Notes: generated by a model not told the origin, from the letters alone. Counted from the first letter of the stretch, positions 14,625-28,673 are shown. The stretch is DNA of 64,000 nucleotides from Octopus sinensis (GCF_006345805.1 NC_043002.1:12958001-13022000); one strand, 5' to 3'. Numbers and translations are program-made.

Positions 14625-15255
14625 TGAGAAAACGTAAAGACAGACGAAATACCTATTTCTTTACTACCCACAAGGGGCTAAACACAGAGAGGACAAACAA
14701 GGACTGACAAACGGATTAAGTCGATTATATCGACCTCAGTGCGTAACTGGTACTTATTTAATCGACCCCGAAAAGATAAAAGGCAAAGTCGACCTCGGTG
14801 GAATTTGAACTCAGAACGTAACGGCAGACGAAATACCTATTGCTTTACTACCCACAAGGGGATAAATACAGAAGGGATAAACAAGGACAGACAAACGGAT
14901 TAAGTCGATTATATCGACCCCAGTGGCTAACTGGTACTTATTTAATCGACCCCGAAAGGATGAATGGCAAAGTCGACCTCGGCGGAATTTGAACTCAGAA
15001 CTTAGCGGCAGACGAAATACCTATTTCTTTACTACCCACAAGGGGCTAAACACAGAAAGTGCAAACAAGGACCGACAAACGGATTAAATCGATTACATCG
15101 ACCCCAGTGCATAACTGGTACTTATTTAATCGACCCCGAAAGGATGAAAGGCAAAGTCGACCTCAGCGGAATTTGAACCCAGAACGTAACGGCAGACGAA
15201 ATACCGCTAAGCATTTCTCCCGGTGTGCTAGCGTATCTGCTAGCTCACCGACTGT
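14625..15255 (-). repeat. Tandem trimer of SINE family 2
   Basis: Same unit and same GAAATACC/TATTTCTTTACTACCC junction as 11410-12520. Confidence 0.9.
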
Positions 15256-15764
15256 TGTCTATGAAAAGAAATTTGGAGAATTATGGCGACAAAATTCCAC
15301 ACTCTCTTTTATCAGAGTCTTTGGGTTAATCTGAAAATATTTATCACGTCATATGAAAACGTAACTTTCTTCCTTTTTTTTAAATAATAAATCCAAAACC
15401 ATCACACACATCTCCATCTTCGTATTACAACCATTCCTTCCTCTACTTCCATCATCTACCTTTCTCTACTAAGTACATGCAGAAATACTCACATATCTAG
15501 ATTGGCCTTCATACAGGCAAGAAGGGATAAGCATCCCTTTGAGATTCAACCGCTGATGCAGTATCGCCTGACGAAATGAATCAATGATGATGTTCAAGCG
15601 GATGCCCACGATACTATGGACTATACTATAATCATCCAAAGGATACGGACTCTGATGTTAAGATCGAGTGATTTGTGGAAACGCGCGCAACGACGAATTA
15701 ATATCTATAAATTCTATACATTATTTACATTTGGCGGATATTTGTACTCATCTTGTTTGTTGTT

Positions 15765-15810
15765 AACACAACGTTTCGACTGATATACCCTCCAGCCTTC
15801 ATCAGGTGTC
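15765..15810 (-). ncRNA. Minimal type-I hammerhead ribozyme motif (Penelope-like)
   Basis: The minus strand reads GACAC-CTGATGA-A-GGCTG..CAGTC-GAAA-CGTT-GTGTT. Stem I is GACAC/GTGTT, stem II is GGCTG/CAGTC, and helix III is the palindromic ACGT. Confidence 0.7.
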
Positions 15811-17544
15811 TTGGGGACCAAGTAGAAATATATATTTTTCAACTCGTGAATACTGATAGAATAGCATATATAGGATGAAATCCTTTAAGAGCAGAAAAAA
15901 CATGTCGGCTTTTCTAATCTTAAAGGATTTTACCCTATGTATTCTGTTCTATCAGTATTAACGCGTTGAAAAATAGATTTTTCTTCTTGTTTTGAACATA
16001 TTTAATTCGTTTATTGCTGTATATGGAACTTACCCTCTTTTCGAAGTCAGTAAGGAAGGGCGAATCCAGTAGTTTTAACTGACAGGAGTGTAAGATTGTT
16101 ATATTGTATGTTTTTGTGAAGGCAGTGAGCTGGCAGAAACGTTAGCACGCCGGGCGAAATGCGTAGCCGTATTTCGTCTGTCGTCACGTACCAGTTACGC
16201 ACTGGGGTCGATGTAATCGACTTAATCCGTTTGTCTGTCCTTGTTTGTCCCTTCTGTGTATAGCCCCTTGTGGGTAGTAAAGAAATATATTGTATGTTTT
16301 TATGGGGTACGTCATGTAGTTCTTTGTATCCTGAGTTCAAATCCTTCCATACCCTTCTCGGGTGATAGACGTAACCCGCCGCCTGGCTTTTTATAGCATC
16401 ACCTGGTATTTTGAATGATTGTGGTAGACTCCAATATGCTGCAAGTATTCAAGACAAGTCTCTGATTTGAAGATGCAATCCTTCTTCATGGACTCTATCT
16501 CTTCACTTGACTAAATCAAAAACAACAACAAAAACTAAAACTCTTTTATCAATAATAATTGAATTAATTCTTTCTAATTTTAGCAGACCAACAATTTTGA
16601 GGAGAGGGTTTTGGTGATGAAAAACAAAGACGAGTTCGGTGGAATTTGAACTCGGAACGTAGTGACCTGGACGAAGTGCTACTCTATACTATCAGCTTCC
16701 ACACAGTTTCATTCTATCAAATTCCCTCATAAGGTGCTGGTCGGCCTAGGGGATGTAGTAGAAGACACTTACCCAGGGTGGCATGCAGTGAAACTAAATT
16801 TGAAACCACTTGGATTCAAAGAGGGGCTCTCAAACACACAGCTATGCCTGTGTCTAGGGCCATGCTGGAGCTGTTGAAGACTTGAAACAATTTAAAACAG
16901 ACATAGATGTCCAAATATGTGTATGTACGGGCATGTATCTCCCTTTTTCCTCCCCCCACTCTCTCACGCTTTGTGTCTGTGTGTTTGTGTTCGTGTGTGT
17001 GGATGTGTTTGAGAAATAGAGATCAGAGAAACACAGACAGACAGAGGCAGACAGAGATCGCGGGCTCTTGGGAACAGTTAACAAAAAGTAACGAATATTT
17101 TCATCTCCATACTTCGGTCTCACTTTAGCTTAGTCATGACACTTTTGTTCAGTTCTATTTGTTTAACGCAAAAACAAAACATTCACCGACTTCATCACAA
17201 ATGCAAAAGTCACCAATAAACACAACAACAACAAAACAACAATTTCTAAAAGAGAAACAGAGGTGGAATATATCAAAAGTAACAAAAAACAAGAGTAACA
17301 GGTAGCAATTCTATATAAACATCAACCTGATCGGCCTTACCGATCGAAGAGGGCCTCCTATGTCTGTAGGTAACAGCCCAAGTAGGCAAATACGTCGAGA
17401 AAATATAGAAATATAAACAAACTCTTCCATCAATAAATATAAACGAGCAGCAAAAGTGACAGCAATTGAGATGACAAAGATTAAAACGACCAAACTCAAC
17501 AACATCCACAACGAAAATAAATGATAAGCCACCATTGATGTGAT

Positions 17545-17591
<47 letters not shown>

Positions 17592-17896
17592 AGTGTGTAT
17601 GTGTGTGCGTATGTATGTATAAATGCATTGGGAGGGGAAGAAAGAGAAAAGAAAAGAGAAGATATTGGTTGGTGTTTTCACTTTCAAAAGAAACAGGTTC
17701 CCTTTTCCCAGTAATATTATTATCATTTTGTTTTGTTTTTTTGTTTTTTTTTTATATAGCAACAGCATGAAAGTTTCAGTGAATTGCTTTGAATTAAGAA
17801 TATATGCATAAGACATACATCTCTGTATATGTGCTTGCGTGTGTGTTACAATATATATGTGTGTATATATATATATATGCATATTATATATATATG

Positions 17897-17937
<41 letters not shown>

Positions 17938-18116
17938 GATTATGATTATGATTATTATTATTATTATTATTATGATTATTATTATTATTATTATTATTAT
18001 ATTATTATTATTATTAGTCAGGTCACTGCCTGGAATCGAACTCGGAACATTGGGATTAGAAGACCGCGCTCTTAACCACTACACTATATGAGAAGCTAGG
18101 TTCGAAATTTCCCCAA

Positions 18117-18162
18117 GACACCTGATGAAGGCTGGATGGTATATCAGCCGAAACGTTGTGTT
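18117..18162 (+). ncRNA. Minimal type-I hammerhead ribozyme motif (same family as 15765)
   Basis: GACAC-CTGATGA(18122-28)-A-GGCTG/CAGCC-GAAA(18150-53)-CGTT-GTGTT. Confidence 0.75.
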
Positions 18163-18439
18163 AACAACAAGTAAGAGGGGGACAAATATCCGTCAAATGT
18201 GAATCATGTAAATAATGTAAAAATTGTATATAATTCCTCATCTCTTAAATATAGAACTGTAAAAATTCTATCGTATAATTGTTGTTATTATTATCTTTAT
18301 CCTACATTATATCCGTATAAACACGACCATGATGTGCCACCGACTCACTAGTCAGAATCGTTAGACGGTAGCCGGCATAATGAAATAGGTGCTTTATTTG
18401 CATACACTTGACAATACCATAAATGAATCTTATATATAT

Positions 18440-18740
18440 ATATATATTATATTAATTAGAGACAAAACTACTATTATGCAATTGCAAAGAAGGTTTTGAA
18501 ACCACCTGAAGAATGTCTCATAGAAGTGCTGACACGAAACGATCGTAGTGGTTATTTTAATTATATTTAATTTATATAAAAATTTTTATGTATTGGCTTA
18601 AGTCTTTCTTTGTTTGATTTGCATAATAGTGGTTTTGTCTCTAATTAATATAATATAATATTTTACTATAAAATTGGATTCAATCCTAAATCTGATTTTT
18701 CCCTGTAAATTTGGATTTATTCCCTAATATTTATTATTAT
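18440..18740 (+). mobile_element. Penelope-like pseudo-LTR with a short inverted 5' duplicate
   Basis: TTAGAGACAAAAC.ACTATTATGCAA on the left is the inverted copy of TTTGCATAATAGTGGTTTTGTCTCTAA on the right. It contains the hammerhead at 18500. The same family occurs at 58261-58560 and 59380-59600. Confidence 0.6.
18500..18553 (+). ncRNA. Type-I hammerhead ribozyme motif
   Basis: AACCAC-CTGAAGA-a-TGTC..GACA-c-GAAA-C-GATC-GTA-GTGGTT. Stem I is 6 bp, loop III is the palindrome CGATCG, and the cleavage triplet is GTA (18545-47). Confidence 0.8.
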
Positions 18741-18789
18741 ATATATATATATTATATATATAATATATATATATATAATATATTATTAT

Positions 18790-18965
18790 ATAGGGAGAGT
18801 TTACGAAAAAAACAAAAGACGAAGACAGGTGGTGTACAAAACAAACAGATGTATTAGTATAACGCTCAGGAATAGAAAAAGTCTTTTACGTTTCGAGCCT
18901 ACGCTCTTCTACAGAACGGGACACAGAAAAAACAAGGAGAGAAAAAAATGTTTGTAGTGGCTAAC
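18790..18965 (-). mobile_element. Penelope-like terminal repeat with a variant hammerhead (CUGUAGA core) at 18882-18917
   Basis: The minus strand reads CTGTAGA-A-GAG-CGTAGG-CTC-GAAA-CGTA-AAAGA. Confidence 0.5.
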
Positions 18966-18972
18966 GATCTAT

Positions 18973-19043
<71 letters not shown>

Positions 19044-19059
19044 GTGTGTGTGTGTGTAT

Positions 19060-19385
19060 CTTTTATCCTTTTACTTGTTTCAGTCAGTTGACTGTGGCCA
19101 TGCTGGAGCACCGCCCTTTAGTCGAGAAATCGACCCTAGGACTTATTTTTTGTAAGCCTAGTACTTATTCTATCGGTCTTTTTTGCCGAATCGTTAAGTT
19201 ACGGGGAAGTAAACACACCAGCACGACGGGCTTCTTTCAGTTTCCCTCCACCAAATCCATTCGGAAGGCTTTGGTCGGCCCGAGACTATAGTAGAAGACA
19301 CTTACCCAATGTGCCACGCAGTGGGACTGAACCCGGAACCATGTAGTTCGTAAGCAAACTATTTATCACACAGCCACTCCTACGC
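19060..19385 (-). mobile_element. tRNA-derived SINE, family 3 (CORE-like CCTTGGGCAAGT segment)
   Basis: Reverse complement of the GGCGTAGGAGTGGCTGTGTG head and the GCATGGCCACAGTCAA.TGACTGAAACAAGTAAAAG tail. Confidence 0.8.
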
Positions 19386-19386
19386 C

Positions 19387-19457
<71 letters not shown>

Positions 19458-19470
19458 CATACATATATAT

Positions 19471-19512
<42 letters not shown>

Positions 19513-19601
19513 ATATATATATATATAATATATATATATATGTATGTATGTATGTATGTATATATATATATATATATGTGTATATATATAATATATATAC
19601 A

Positions 19602-19675
<74 letters not shown>

Positions 19676-21264
19676 TGTATGTATGTATCAGTTTTTATGG
19701 GAATCAATATTTTAAAACAATTTAACGTTTATCTAAACCATTATTCGATACTCTTTATGACTAGCGGTACCAAAAGAGCAGCAGAATAATACAGTAAATA
19801 GGGGAGGGATAAAAAAGATGGAGCTGACAGATACGAGTAAATAAGTATGTAAATGTTTCAAGAATATGTTTAAGCTTGGTCAGAGATATTCGAGGATAAA
19901 AATAGTGAGTGGGGAAAGACTAATGCCAGATATGAGAAAGTGTTTATAGAAAGTGACGCCGAAGAGAAGGGAGTGCTGAATACCAGTGTAGATGGTCAGT
20001 AGAAAATATGAGTGAAAGGGTAACGTTAAGAATGGGATAAAGGAAATGGAAAAGAAGTGGATGAAAAGAAACGATATAACTGGTAGTACAGAGTGATCAA
20101 TGGAAAGTATGAGATGAGAGAGAATAGATGTCAAAAGGAAGGGTTCAAGGGAGAGGGAGAATGAGCTGATAGCACGAAAAATGTAATATCGAATTATATG
20201 TTCTGCTCTCATTTAACTACAACAGCAGAATTTGCACCGTAGTTAGAAGAGTGATGGAGTGAGAAGTGACAGGCAGACGAGCAGCTGTGCATGCATTTGT
20301 GTGCACTTGCTTTTCTGGTCTCCTCTCACATCACTCGGGAACCCATGTTGGTCTGTTAACTCCCAGTAATACTAGCAATTCGGCACAAGATATTACCAAA
20401 CTTAGAAAAACTACAATACTGGTGAAGGGGAAATTTATTTGACTAAACCCCTCAAGGTGGTGTCCCAGTATAATCAATGTTCAATAACTGAAACAAATAA
20501 TGAATAAAAGTGTATAAATATATCGGTATTTGTTCAGAAAACAGCAAATAGCACCCCAAGCTAAAGTACACAGTGCGGTATTAAACGCAGATTATATTTA
20601 TTTAGTTAAAGCTTACAATTTGCAAAATAGATAGAGCTGTGGAAAGAAACCCATCAGAGGAGATTATGACAATTATTATATAAAATGTGTCGAGGTGAAT
20701 GTGTGAGGAAAAAGACTTAGGAATGGAGGAAAGCGACGTGGCAGAACCGTTAGCACGCCGGGCGAAATGCGTAGCCGTATTTCGTCTGTCGCTACGTTCT
20801 GACTTCAAATTCCGCCGAGGTCGACTTTGCCTTTCATCCTTTCGGGGTCGATAAATAAAGTACCAGTTACGCACTGGGGTCGATATGATCGATTTAATCC
20901 GTCTGTCTGTCCTTGCTTGTCTCCTCTGTGTTTAGCCCCTTGTGGGTAATAAAGACATAGGAATGGAGTAAAGCTATGAATGTGCTAAAAGAAGGGTGAC
21001 TTACAAACAAAGACGTATACGTTCATAGGCAATACTATAGACGAATACTGCAGTAAATCCCCGTTTTCACAGTGTATCTTCAGTGGGTATGATATACGAA
21101 AGGTTACAAATAGTAAGAATTGTGTGATGTGATGTTTGCTAAATAACTGCATTGTTCCAGACTCACTCCAACAGTATGATATCTTGGGTAAGTATCATCT
21201 ATTGTAGCCCCGAGTCGACCAAAAGGAAGTATATTTGGTAGACGGAAACTGAAAGAATCCCGTC

Positions 21265-21296
<32 letters not shown>

Positions 21297-21636
21297 GTGT
21301 GTGTGTGTGTGTGTATGTATATGTATATGTATATATACATACATATATATATATATTTATATATATATATATACCGGGAAAATAATAAGGCTAGCAAATT
21401 TAGAAAAATTTTCATACTGGCGGCTAGCATGCGTAATGTAACAGCATAAAAGCACGACACTCTGTGAACTTCCTCCACAAATCGCACCGCCTCTTACGGT
21501 AATAAAAATCACTTCCTTTCCTTCAAATTCAAAATGGCTGAAGACATGAATCACGCTTGAAACTCGGACTACCAACGAAAGTGAATCAAACTAGTTTGAT
21601 CTATACATATGTGTGTGTATATATATATCCATTTAA

Positions 21637-21695
<59 letters not shown>

Positions 21696-22372
21696 GAATT
21701 GTTTTTTCGGGGTTTGTGATTTAACTGCCCTTTCTATCATGTAAGGGGTCCTGTCAAAGGTCTCCTCTCTTTGTATAAAAATATTTTATATACTCTTATA
21801 TTTTTATAAATATGACATGTCTTATGACTATTATTTATGCATGCTAAACACTGGTAATAAATTATATAAATTTATTACCCTCATATTTACGATAGTAATA
21901 TTTACAATTCTCAGACTATATAGGACAAAGTTTTAAATTTGTCTATTTACTGCTGGAATATATGTTTACGCTTGCGCACCAATTTCGAATACATAATGGA
22001 TAAAAATGTAACTATCTTGCGCACGTTTTTTCGGTACGTATTTGCATCTACATGATTATTCATTAATTAGCAATCTCGCTAACGAGCTACAGATTCCAAA
22101 TTTGTTTATTTGGCAATTAATAGAGAAACTCGAGTTCGGGATTAACTAATTCATATTTTGTTCGTTCTGGTGTTGTAACAGCGTGCCTCATGAATTCTTT
22201 TCTTCGTGATCTGGGTTTTAGCTGCCCTTTCTAGCATGTAAGGGGTCCTGTCAAAGGTTTCCTCTCTGTGTATAGAAATGTTTTATACACAATATATTTT
22301 AAAATATATGTGTGTGTGTGTGTTGTGTTTGTGTGTGTGTATGTGAATGTGTGTGTGTGTTTGTGTGTGTGC

Positions 22373-22404
<32 letters not shown>

Positions 22405-22406
<2 letters not shown>

Positions 22407-22815
22407 TAAAGAAACTGAATCCAGATTCGATGAGGCTAGTTCCGCTTTCAATAAGCTTTATCACAGAAATTGGATCAACCGAAACGTATCGAAAAAGGTG
22501 AAAATCGATGTATACAAGTCTGTGGTCTTCATAACATTGCTTCATGTCTCTGAATCTATCGAAGGCACATCAACCAGCTTGACGCTTTTCATATATGTTT
22601 CTTGCGTACTCTCTCCAATATAAACCCGAGTGACCATATTCATAACAGTGAGGTACAAACAAATTTCAGCATATCAGGTACTGGAGCCATTCTCATCAAA
22701 ATCCAGCTTAGATGGTTTGGTCAGCTCTCATGTATTAGTGAGATCAGAATTCCGAAGCAACTCTTCTTTAACCAATTCCCAACGGGAAGGTCAATTTGAA
22801 GGCCACTCTTGCGTA
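22405..22815 (+). mobile_element. RTE-clade LINE fragment (post-RT region), frameshifted
   Basis: ASSAFNKL..W..RNVSKKVKIDVYKSVV..TLL, then FLRTLSNI, and QLRWFGQLSCISEIRIPKQLFF. Confidence 0.75.
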
Positions 22816-25794
22816 TTCTCCCCCCCCCTTCTGGTTTTCACCTCTCTCTGTCTTTGTTTACATATAGGCTTATGTGTTTGAACGTTTGTGGTGTGTGGTT
22901 TGTGTTGCGAATGTATAAATGCGTGTATGTGTGCTTGTGTGTGAAAGTGAATGTGGTTATCGTTGTATGATTTTGAGAAACACGATTATATAGAAGCAGC
23001 CTGCTCGTGTAGATATACCAATATCCAACCGCTGGATAGGCCCCAGAGAGCGGAGGCCCGCCTTTACAATGCAGAATCTAACTCAAAAAGATCCTAACTT
23101 CAGCACCGCATGGAAGCGCTCCTGTCATATAACATTATAAAAATGAGGCTCGTTAAAATATTTTCCAGCCATGCCCTTTTCTTCAGAGTTACATCTGAAC
23201 TATATTAAATGGAGGATAGTTGGAAGGTCGAAGACCCCCATAAAAAGGCTGTGAAAGATGTGGTGTTTGCACTGCGGAGCAGAAGGTAATACTAAAATGT
23301 TTTCAAAGGCTAATTGTGAATAGTTCTGTAACTTAAATAGGTTAGTTAATCTTGTGTAACTAGCCATCATAACCAGTTTTAAAAGTGTGTTTATGCGAGT
23401 CGGAAGCTCTCAGTGTCCCGATGCAGAGATTTTGGATGCGATGCGAGCTGGCAGAAGCGTTAGCACGCCGGGCGAAATGCTCAGCAGTATTTCGTCTGTC
23501 GTTACGTTCTGGGTTCAAACACTGCCGAGGTCGACTTTGCCTTTCATCCTTTCGGGGTCGATAAATAAAGTACTAGTTGCGCACTGGGGTCGATGTAATC
23601 GACTTAATCCCTTTGTCTGTCTTTGTTTGTCCCCTCTATGTTTAGCCCCTTGTGGGCAATAAAGAACTATATTCTTAGTGAACTACGATTTATCTTCCTG
23701 CTAAGACATAACTTCTCTTTTGCCTCTATTTCAGTGTTTTTATGGATTGTTTTTTTTTGCATCTTTTTACTATGGAACTATCCATTGCTTGCTTGATAGA
23801 AAAGTATTTAGTTTCGCCTTTGTACACTCTAATCTCAAATTCATTTATCTGATCGTAAATTCATCGATCGTCGGTTTTTTTTCATCCTGCATAGATTCAC
23901 TTCGGTTGGTATTCGAACGAATTCCAGTAACCCTACATTTTTGTATAAAAATAGGTTTGTGCCTAAGTACAATAAGGCATTAATTATTATTCCATCGACC
24001 CTGGGGCGATGAATATCCATGATGGAGTTTGAAATAAGAAACCAATGTCCTGAGAGTAAAAGTCGTAGACGAAAACTGTGTGGAAGCTTGTCGTATGTGT
24101 GTAGAATTTGGAGTTCTACACACACAGAGGCACGCACGCACGCACAAACAGACCGTTTGTTGATTGGCCTTGGTTTCTTTTACGTCACCCTAACATAGTG
24201 GTCCGGCTAAAACGACCAATAGAATAAGTGCCAAATTTTAAAATTAAATGCTGATTTCGATTTGTTTGACTAAACACTTTGAGGTTGTGCTCCAGCATGG
24301 CCACTGTCCAATGACTGAAACATCTCAGATATAAATACAATATTGATATAAATACAACAGCAATTCCACAATAATATTGCAACAATTATGCGACGTGCAT
24401 TATATCAAAATATAACACGTAAAGAAACTCATAAACATTTGATATCAGACTTTTATAAATTTAATATCAAATAGGACAATATCCAATTTACGCACTACAT
24501 TTATTATATTTTATTGTTTCTTCGTTGAATTTAGATTTCGGTTATTTAGAGTTCTTTTGAGATTAAATGGATGAAAGTTATTTAAAAAGAAATGTCGATA
24601 TTCCAGTCCATTTTCTTCCATCTTTCATTTGTTTCCTCCATAAATCTTTGGTTATTTCTATTATTTAAAACCTGGAATGATAATGAAAGAAAAATTGTTT
24701 TAAGATATTAGAATATTTACGTCATAAGTATTTGGAAAATTCGAGATATATGGAATAAATCGTTTTTAACGATGAAACTAAAATTTTAAAAAACTATAGA
24801 AAATAACGCCCAGAATATTCTTTTCTGTTCTAGGCACATATCCCAAAATTTGGTGGTGTGAGGGAGCCAGTCGTTCCCAGTACGCAACTTTTACTTAAAT
24901 TATCGACCCCGAAAGGATGAAAAGCAAAGTCAACCTCGGCGGAATCTGAACTCAGAACGTAGAAACAGACAAAATATCGATAAGTATTTCGCCCGGCGTG
25001 CTAACGTTTCTGCCAGCTTGTCGCCTTAACGGCCAGAATTTTAGCTTTAAAACCTCTGGGATGGAAAAAGATAAAAAAAATAACGAATAGTGCCCCTAGG
25101 ACGCGAGCCTAGATCTTCTATGACTGTAACAAACGTTCTACCATTATACCAAAGCAACACTTCAAATTTTTCTCATCCATCTTAGAAGTTTTGTTCTTAC
25201 CTGTGAGAATTGCAACTTGATGACGTTATAAGAAGTTAGAAATTTCGACAGATATAAAATAAATGGCTTTTAATTGTGGATCTCCAAGTAGACAGAGCAG
25301 TGAATAATAGCGCGTAAGATATTATAATAAAAGCTTTCTTTAGTTATGGCCTGCCTCTGAAATAAGTATGTGCACCCGATCTACACATTTATTTTGGCTC
25401 TCTGTCATTCTTCCATTTTATGAGATGTAAAGCGCGACTGTAAAAATCAACCAACCAACCAACCAACCAACTAACCAAACAACGAATAAACAAACAAACA
25501 AATAATTTGTATCACTATTATTATTACTATACATGCATACATACATATAAAGATAAACAACCAGCCAGCCAGACAGACAGACAGACAGACAGATAGATTG
25601 ATAGATAATTAGTTACACAGATTAATAGAGAGAAAGACAGACGGATAGATAGAGAGACAGATAGATAGATTGATGGATAGACAGACATACAGATAGATAG
25701 TTAGATTGATAGACAGACTGACAGACAGACAGATAGATAGATTGATGGATAGACAGACAGGCTGACAGACAGACTGACGTACAGACAGACGGAT

Positions 25795-26960
25795 ATATAG
25801 GCTCTGTGTACTGATAGCATTTTTCTGGTCTTGGTATCCATTTTCTTCATATCTCTCTTTTTCCATTTTATAATTCCCGCTCCATACTGAAGAGATGCTA
25901 TCGCCCATGTATTAACTACTTGGATTTTATTCCATCCCCCCAATTTTGAGCGCAAGACCAACCTCAGTCTTCGAAAATATTCCATCCTAAGTTGCTTTTT
26001 CATTTCCTTTTCCATTATCTCGTCGAATTCTAGTACACCAAGGTATTTGTATCCATCCGTTTCAATTTGCTTAATCAAGTCTCTATTCGGTAATTCTATC
26101 CTTGCTATGGATTGTACCTTACCCCTTTTTAGGTAGATTATTCCGCACTTGATTACAAGTTCCATTCTAATATCAGTATTAAATCAGTGGACCGTGTTCA
26201 TCATGGAACTCACTTGTGTCTCATCTTTGCCATACAGTTTCAAATCATCCATCCTTAAGATTGGTGGTTGATTGTCTAGGATTTTTCCTTTAGTTGGTAC
26301 CCCATGTTCATTTTCCTGAGTACCACGGTCAGGGGTATCATGCAGAGAAAGAAAGCAACGGATATAGGCTATCACTCAGGAAAATCCCACTTCTAATACC
26401 CAGGGTGCCCAAGCTTTTTCCTTAAGTTACCAGTTCAGTTTTCCACCCAACCATTCTTCTCTTCAGGAAACACGTTACATTCCTCGCAATTCTAAACGGA
26501 TCTAAGCACTCAATGATCTACGAAACTGGAATCCTCTCATAAGCTTTGTAATAGTCAATCCAAGCCATTCCAAGACTTGTTCTCCTTCGTTTATAATCAT
26601 GCATTACCATTTTGTCTACCAATATTTGATCTTTGGTAACTCTGCATCTTCTACAGCCTTTTTGTTCCGGTGGTAATATATCGTTCCCATCAAGAAATTT
26701 ATACAGTTCTTCTGCAATTCCTCCTGGCAGTAACTTTCACATTAACGGGAAGCAGGGTATTGGTCTGTATTTGTCAGCAGCAGCATTTCCTTTTGATGCA
26801 TCTTTCAGGTACAACACCGTTCGTCCTTTTTTCAACCAGCCCGATTGCATTAAATTACACTGCGATCAATTTATGGCAATTACTGAACATTTTTATTTGA
26901 GGTATATGTCATCGACTAACCTGCTCCCCACAAAATTTCGGGTCTTGTGCCTACAGTAGA
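25795..26960 (-). mobile_element. R4/Dong-like retrotransposon RT fragment, degenerate
   Basis: The minus strand gives [50 protein letters not shown] and KIQVVNTWAIASLQYGAGIIKW. Confidence 0.85.
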
Positions 26961-26964
26961 AACG

Positions 26965-27172
26965 ATTATTATTATTATTATTATTATTTTATTATTATTA
27001 TTATTATTATTATCATTATTGCCTTTGCACAGCTTCTCACTCTGGAGATTTTCCTACGGTGTCAGCTGTTCACTATCTGTGAACTAAAGAAACACCTCTT
27101 ATTTTTCGAGTACCTTCCGGAGTATTCGAGCGGTTCCAAGCAGTGCTGTTTTCTGCAAGTGCTCCACCCTTT
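26965..27172 (-). mobile_element. Short 3'-end copy of an R4/Dong-like element with a (TAA)n tail
   Basis: The minus strand gives EHLQKTALLGTARILRKVLE, then a short 3' region and (TAA)n. TAA/CAA repeats are also present on the other side. Confidence 0.8.
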
Positions 27173-27197
27173 ATTGTTATTATTATTGTTGTTGTTG

Positions 27198-27234
<37 letters not shown>

Positions 27235-28673
27235 TTCTTTACTACCCACAAGGAGCTAAACACAGAGGGGACAAATAAGGACAGACAAACGGATTAAGTC
27301 GATTACATCGACCACAGTGCGTAACTGGTACTTAATTTATCGACCCGAAAGGATGAAAGGCAAAGTCGACCTCGACGGAATTTGAACTCAGAACGTAACG
27401 GCAGACAAAATACGGCTACGCATTTCGCCCGGCGTGCTAACGTTTCAGCCAGCTAGCCGCCTTATTATTATAATATAAATCTTTTGCTGCATAATTCACT
27501 GGCTTTTCATTAAGTTATATTGATTTCAAGTGTATAAATAGACGAAGAATTTAGTTTTAAATTTGACACCGGCATCAACACATTTAGTCACAGCTTTCTA
27601 TCTGTCTATTTATTCTCATTTTTTTTTTATTTGAATGCGTTATTATGCCTGATGTCAAGTTGAACTCGGATGTAATGTATCAGGTTTGAGCTTTCAACTG
27701 GTAAGCAGTGAAAAGCAAACACACACATAGACAGAAACAAAGAAACTCACAAACACGTTTTATTTATAACGCGAGGTAGGTAAACACCAGAAAAATATAA
27801 AATAAAGTAATATAAATTAGACGGGTCTTCAACATCAATGGCTGAACTAGAAAATTCTTTTTCTTTTCCACCTAACAGGACTAACTAGGTTTTGTTATTA
27901 AGACAAGTCAAATATTTATTTTAGGGCAAGTGTCGAAGAGAAAAAACATAAACTGCTAATAAATAAAAGACACAGCTAGTTTCGATATTTTGTTAACTAT
28001 GAATTTCTTTTAATGCACAGCCTTACCCTGACGTCACAAATCTCTTTAGTCTTCATTTTAGAAAGGTGCGATAGGAAAGCCTCCCACATTTTATATCGCC
28101 ATTGCCATGATGATAGTGAAGTAAAAGTAATGATAATAACGGTTTTTTATGTAGCTGATATATTATCGTTTTGTTTTCTTTCCAATGATCTTATGAATTG
28201 TTGCATAGTGTGCTTAGACTCTCAAAACTTTAATTTAGAATGGTAAATCTTGGAGGGTTTTTGTCGCACACTGTAGATCTTAATATCTATTTCATTGACG
28301 TTCCTCGCTCTAACTATTGTATTTACTCTTTAGTTCAAGAAAGCACACACTGTCCACAGAAGCATCATGATTTTAAGGTGGTGAGCTGGCAGAAACGTTA
28401 ACACGCCGGGCGAAATTCTTTGCCGTATTTTGTCTGCCGCTACGTTCTGAGTTCAAATTCCGCCGAGGACGACTTTGCCATTCATCCTTTCGGGGTCGAT
28501 AAATTAAGTACCAGTTACGCACTGGGATCGATGTAATCGACTTAATCCGTTTGTCTGTTCTTGTTTGTCCCCTCTATGTTTAGCCCCTTGTGGGCAATAA
28601 AGAAATAAGAAACATCATGATTTTAATCCCATTGAGCCTCATCAGTTATGCTATATCTAATATCGTAACAATA

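Noticed and set aside
18018-18090. tRNA-like sequence on the minus strand
   Set aside because: It has A/B boxes but no proper acceptor or anticodon stems and runs into (TAA)n, so it is a SINE head.
15330-28110. Scattered minus-strand splice-like segments (donors near 28015, 25200, 21003, 17340, 15490; YLGCY WSC-like peptide near 17370)
   Set aside because: I could not chain them into a stop-free, recognisable product. Donor-like hexamers are expected by chance.
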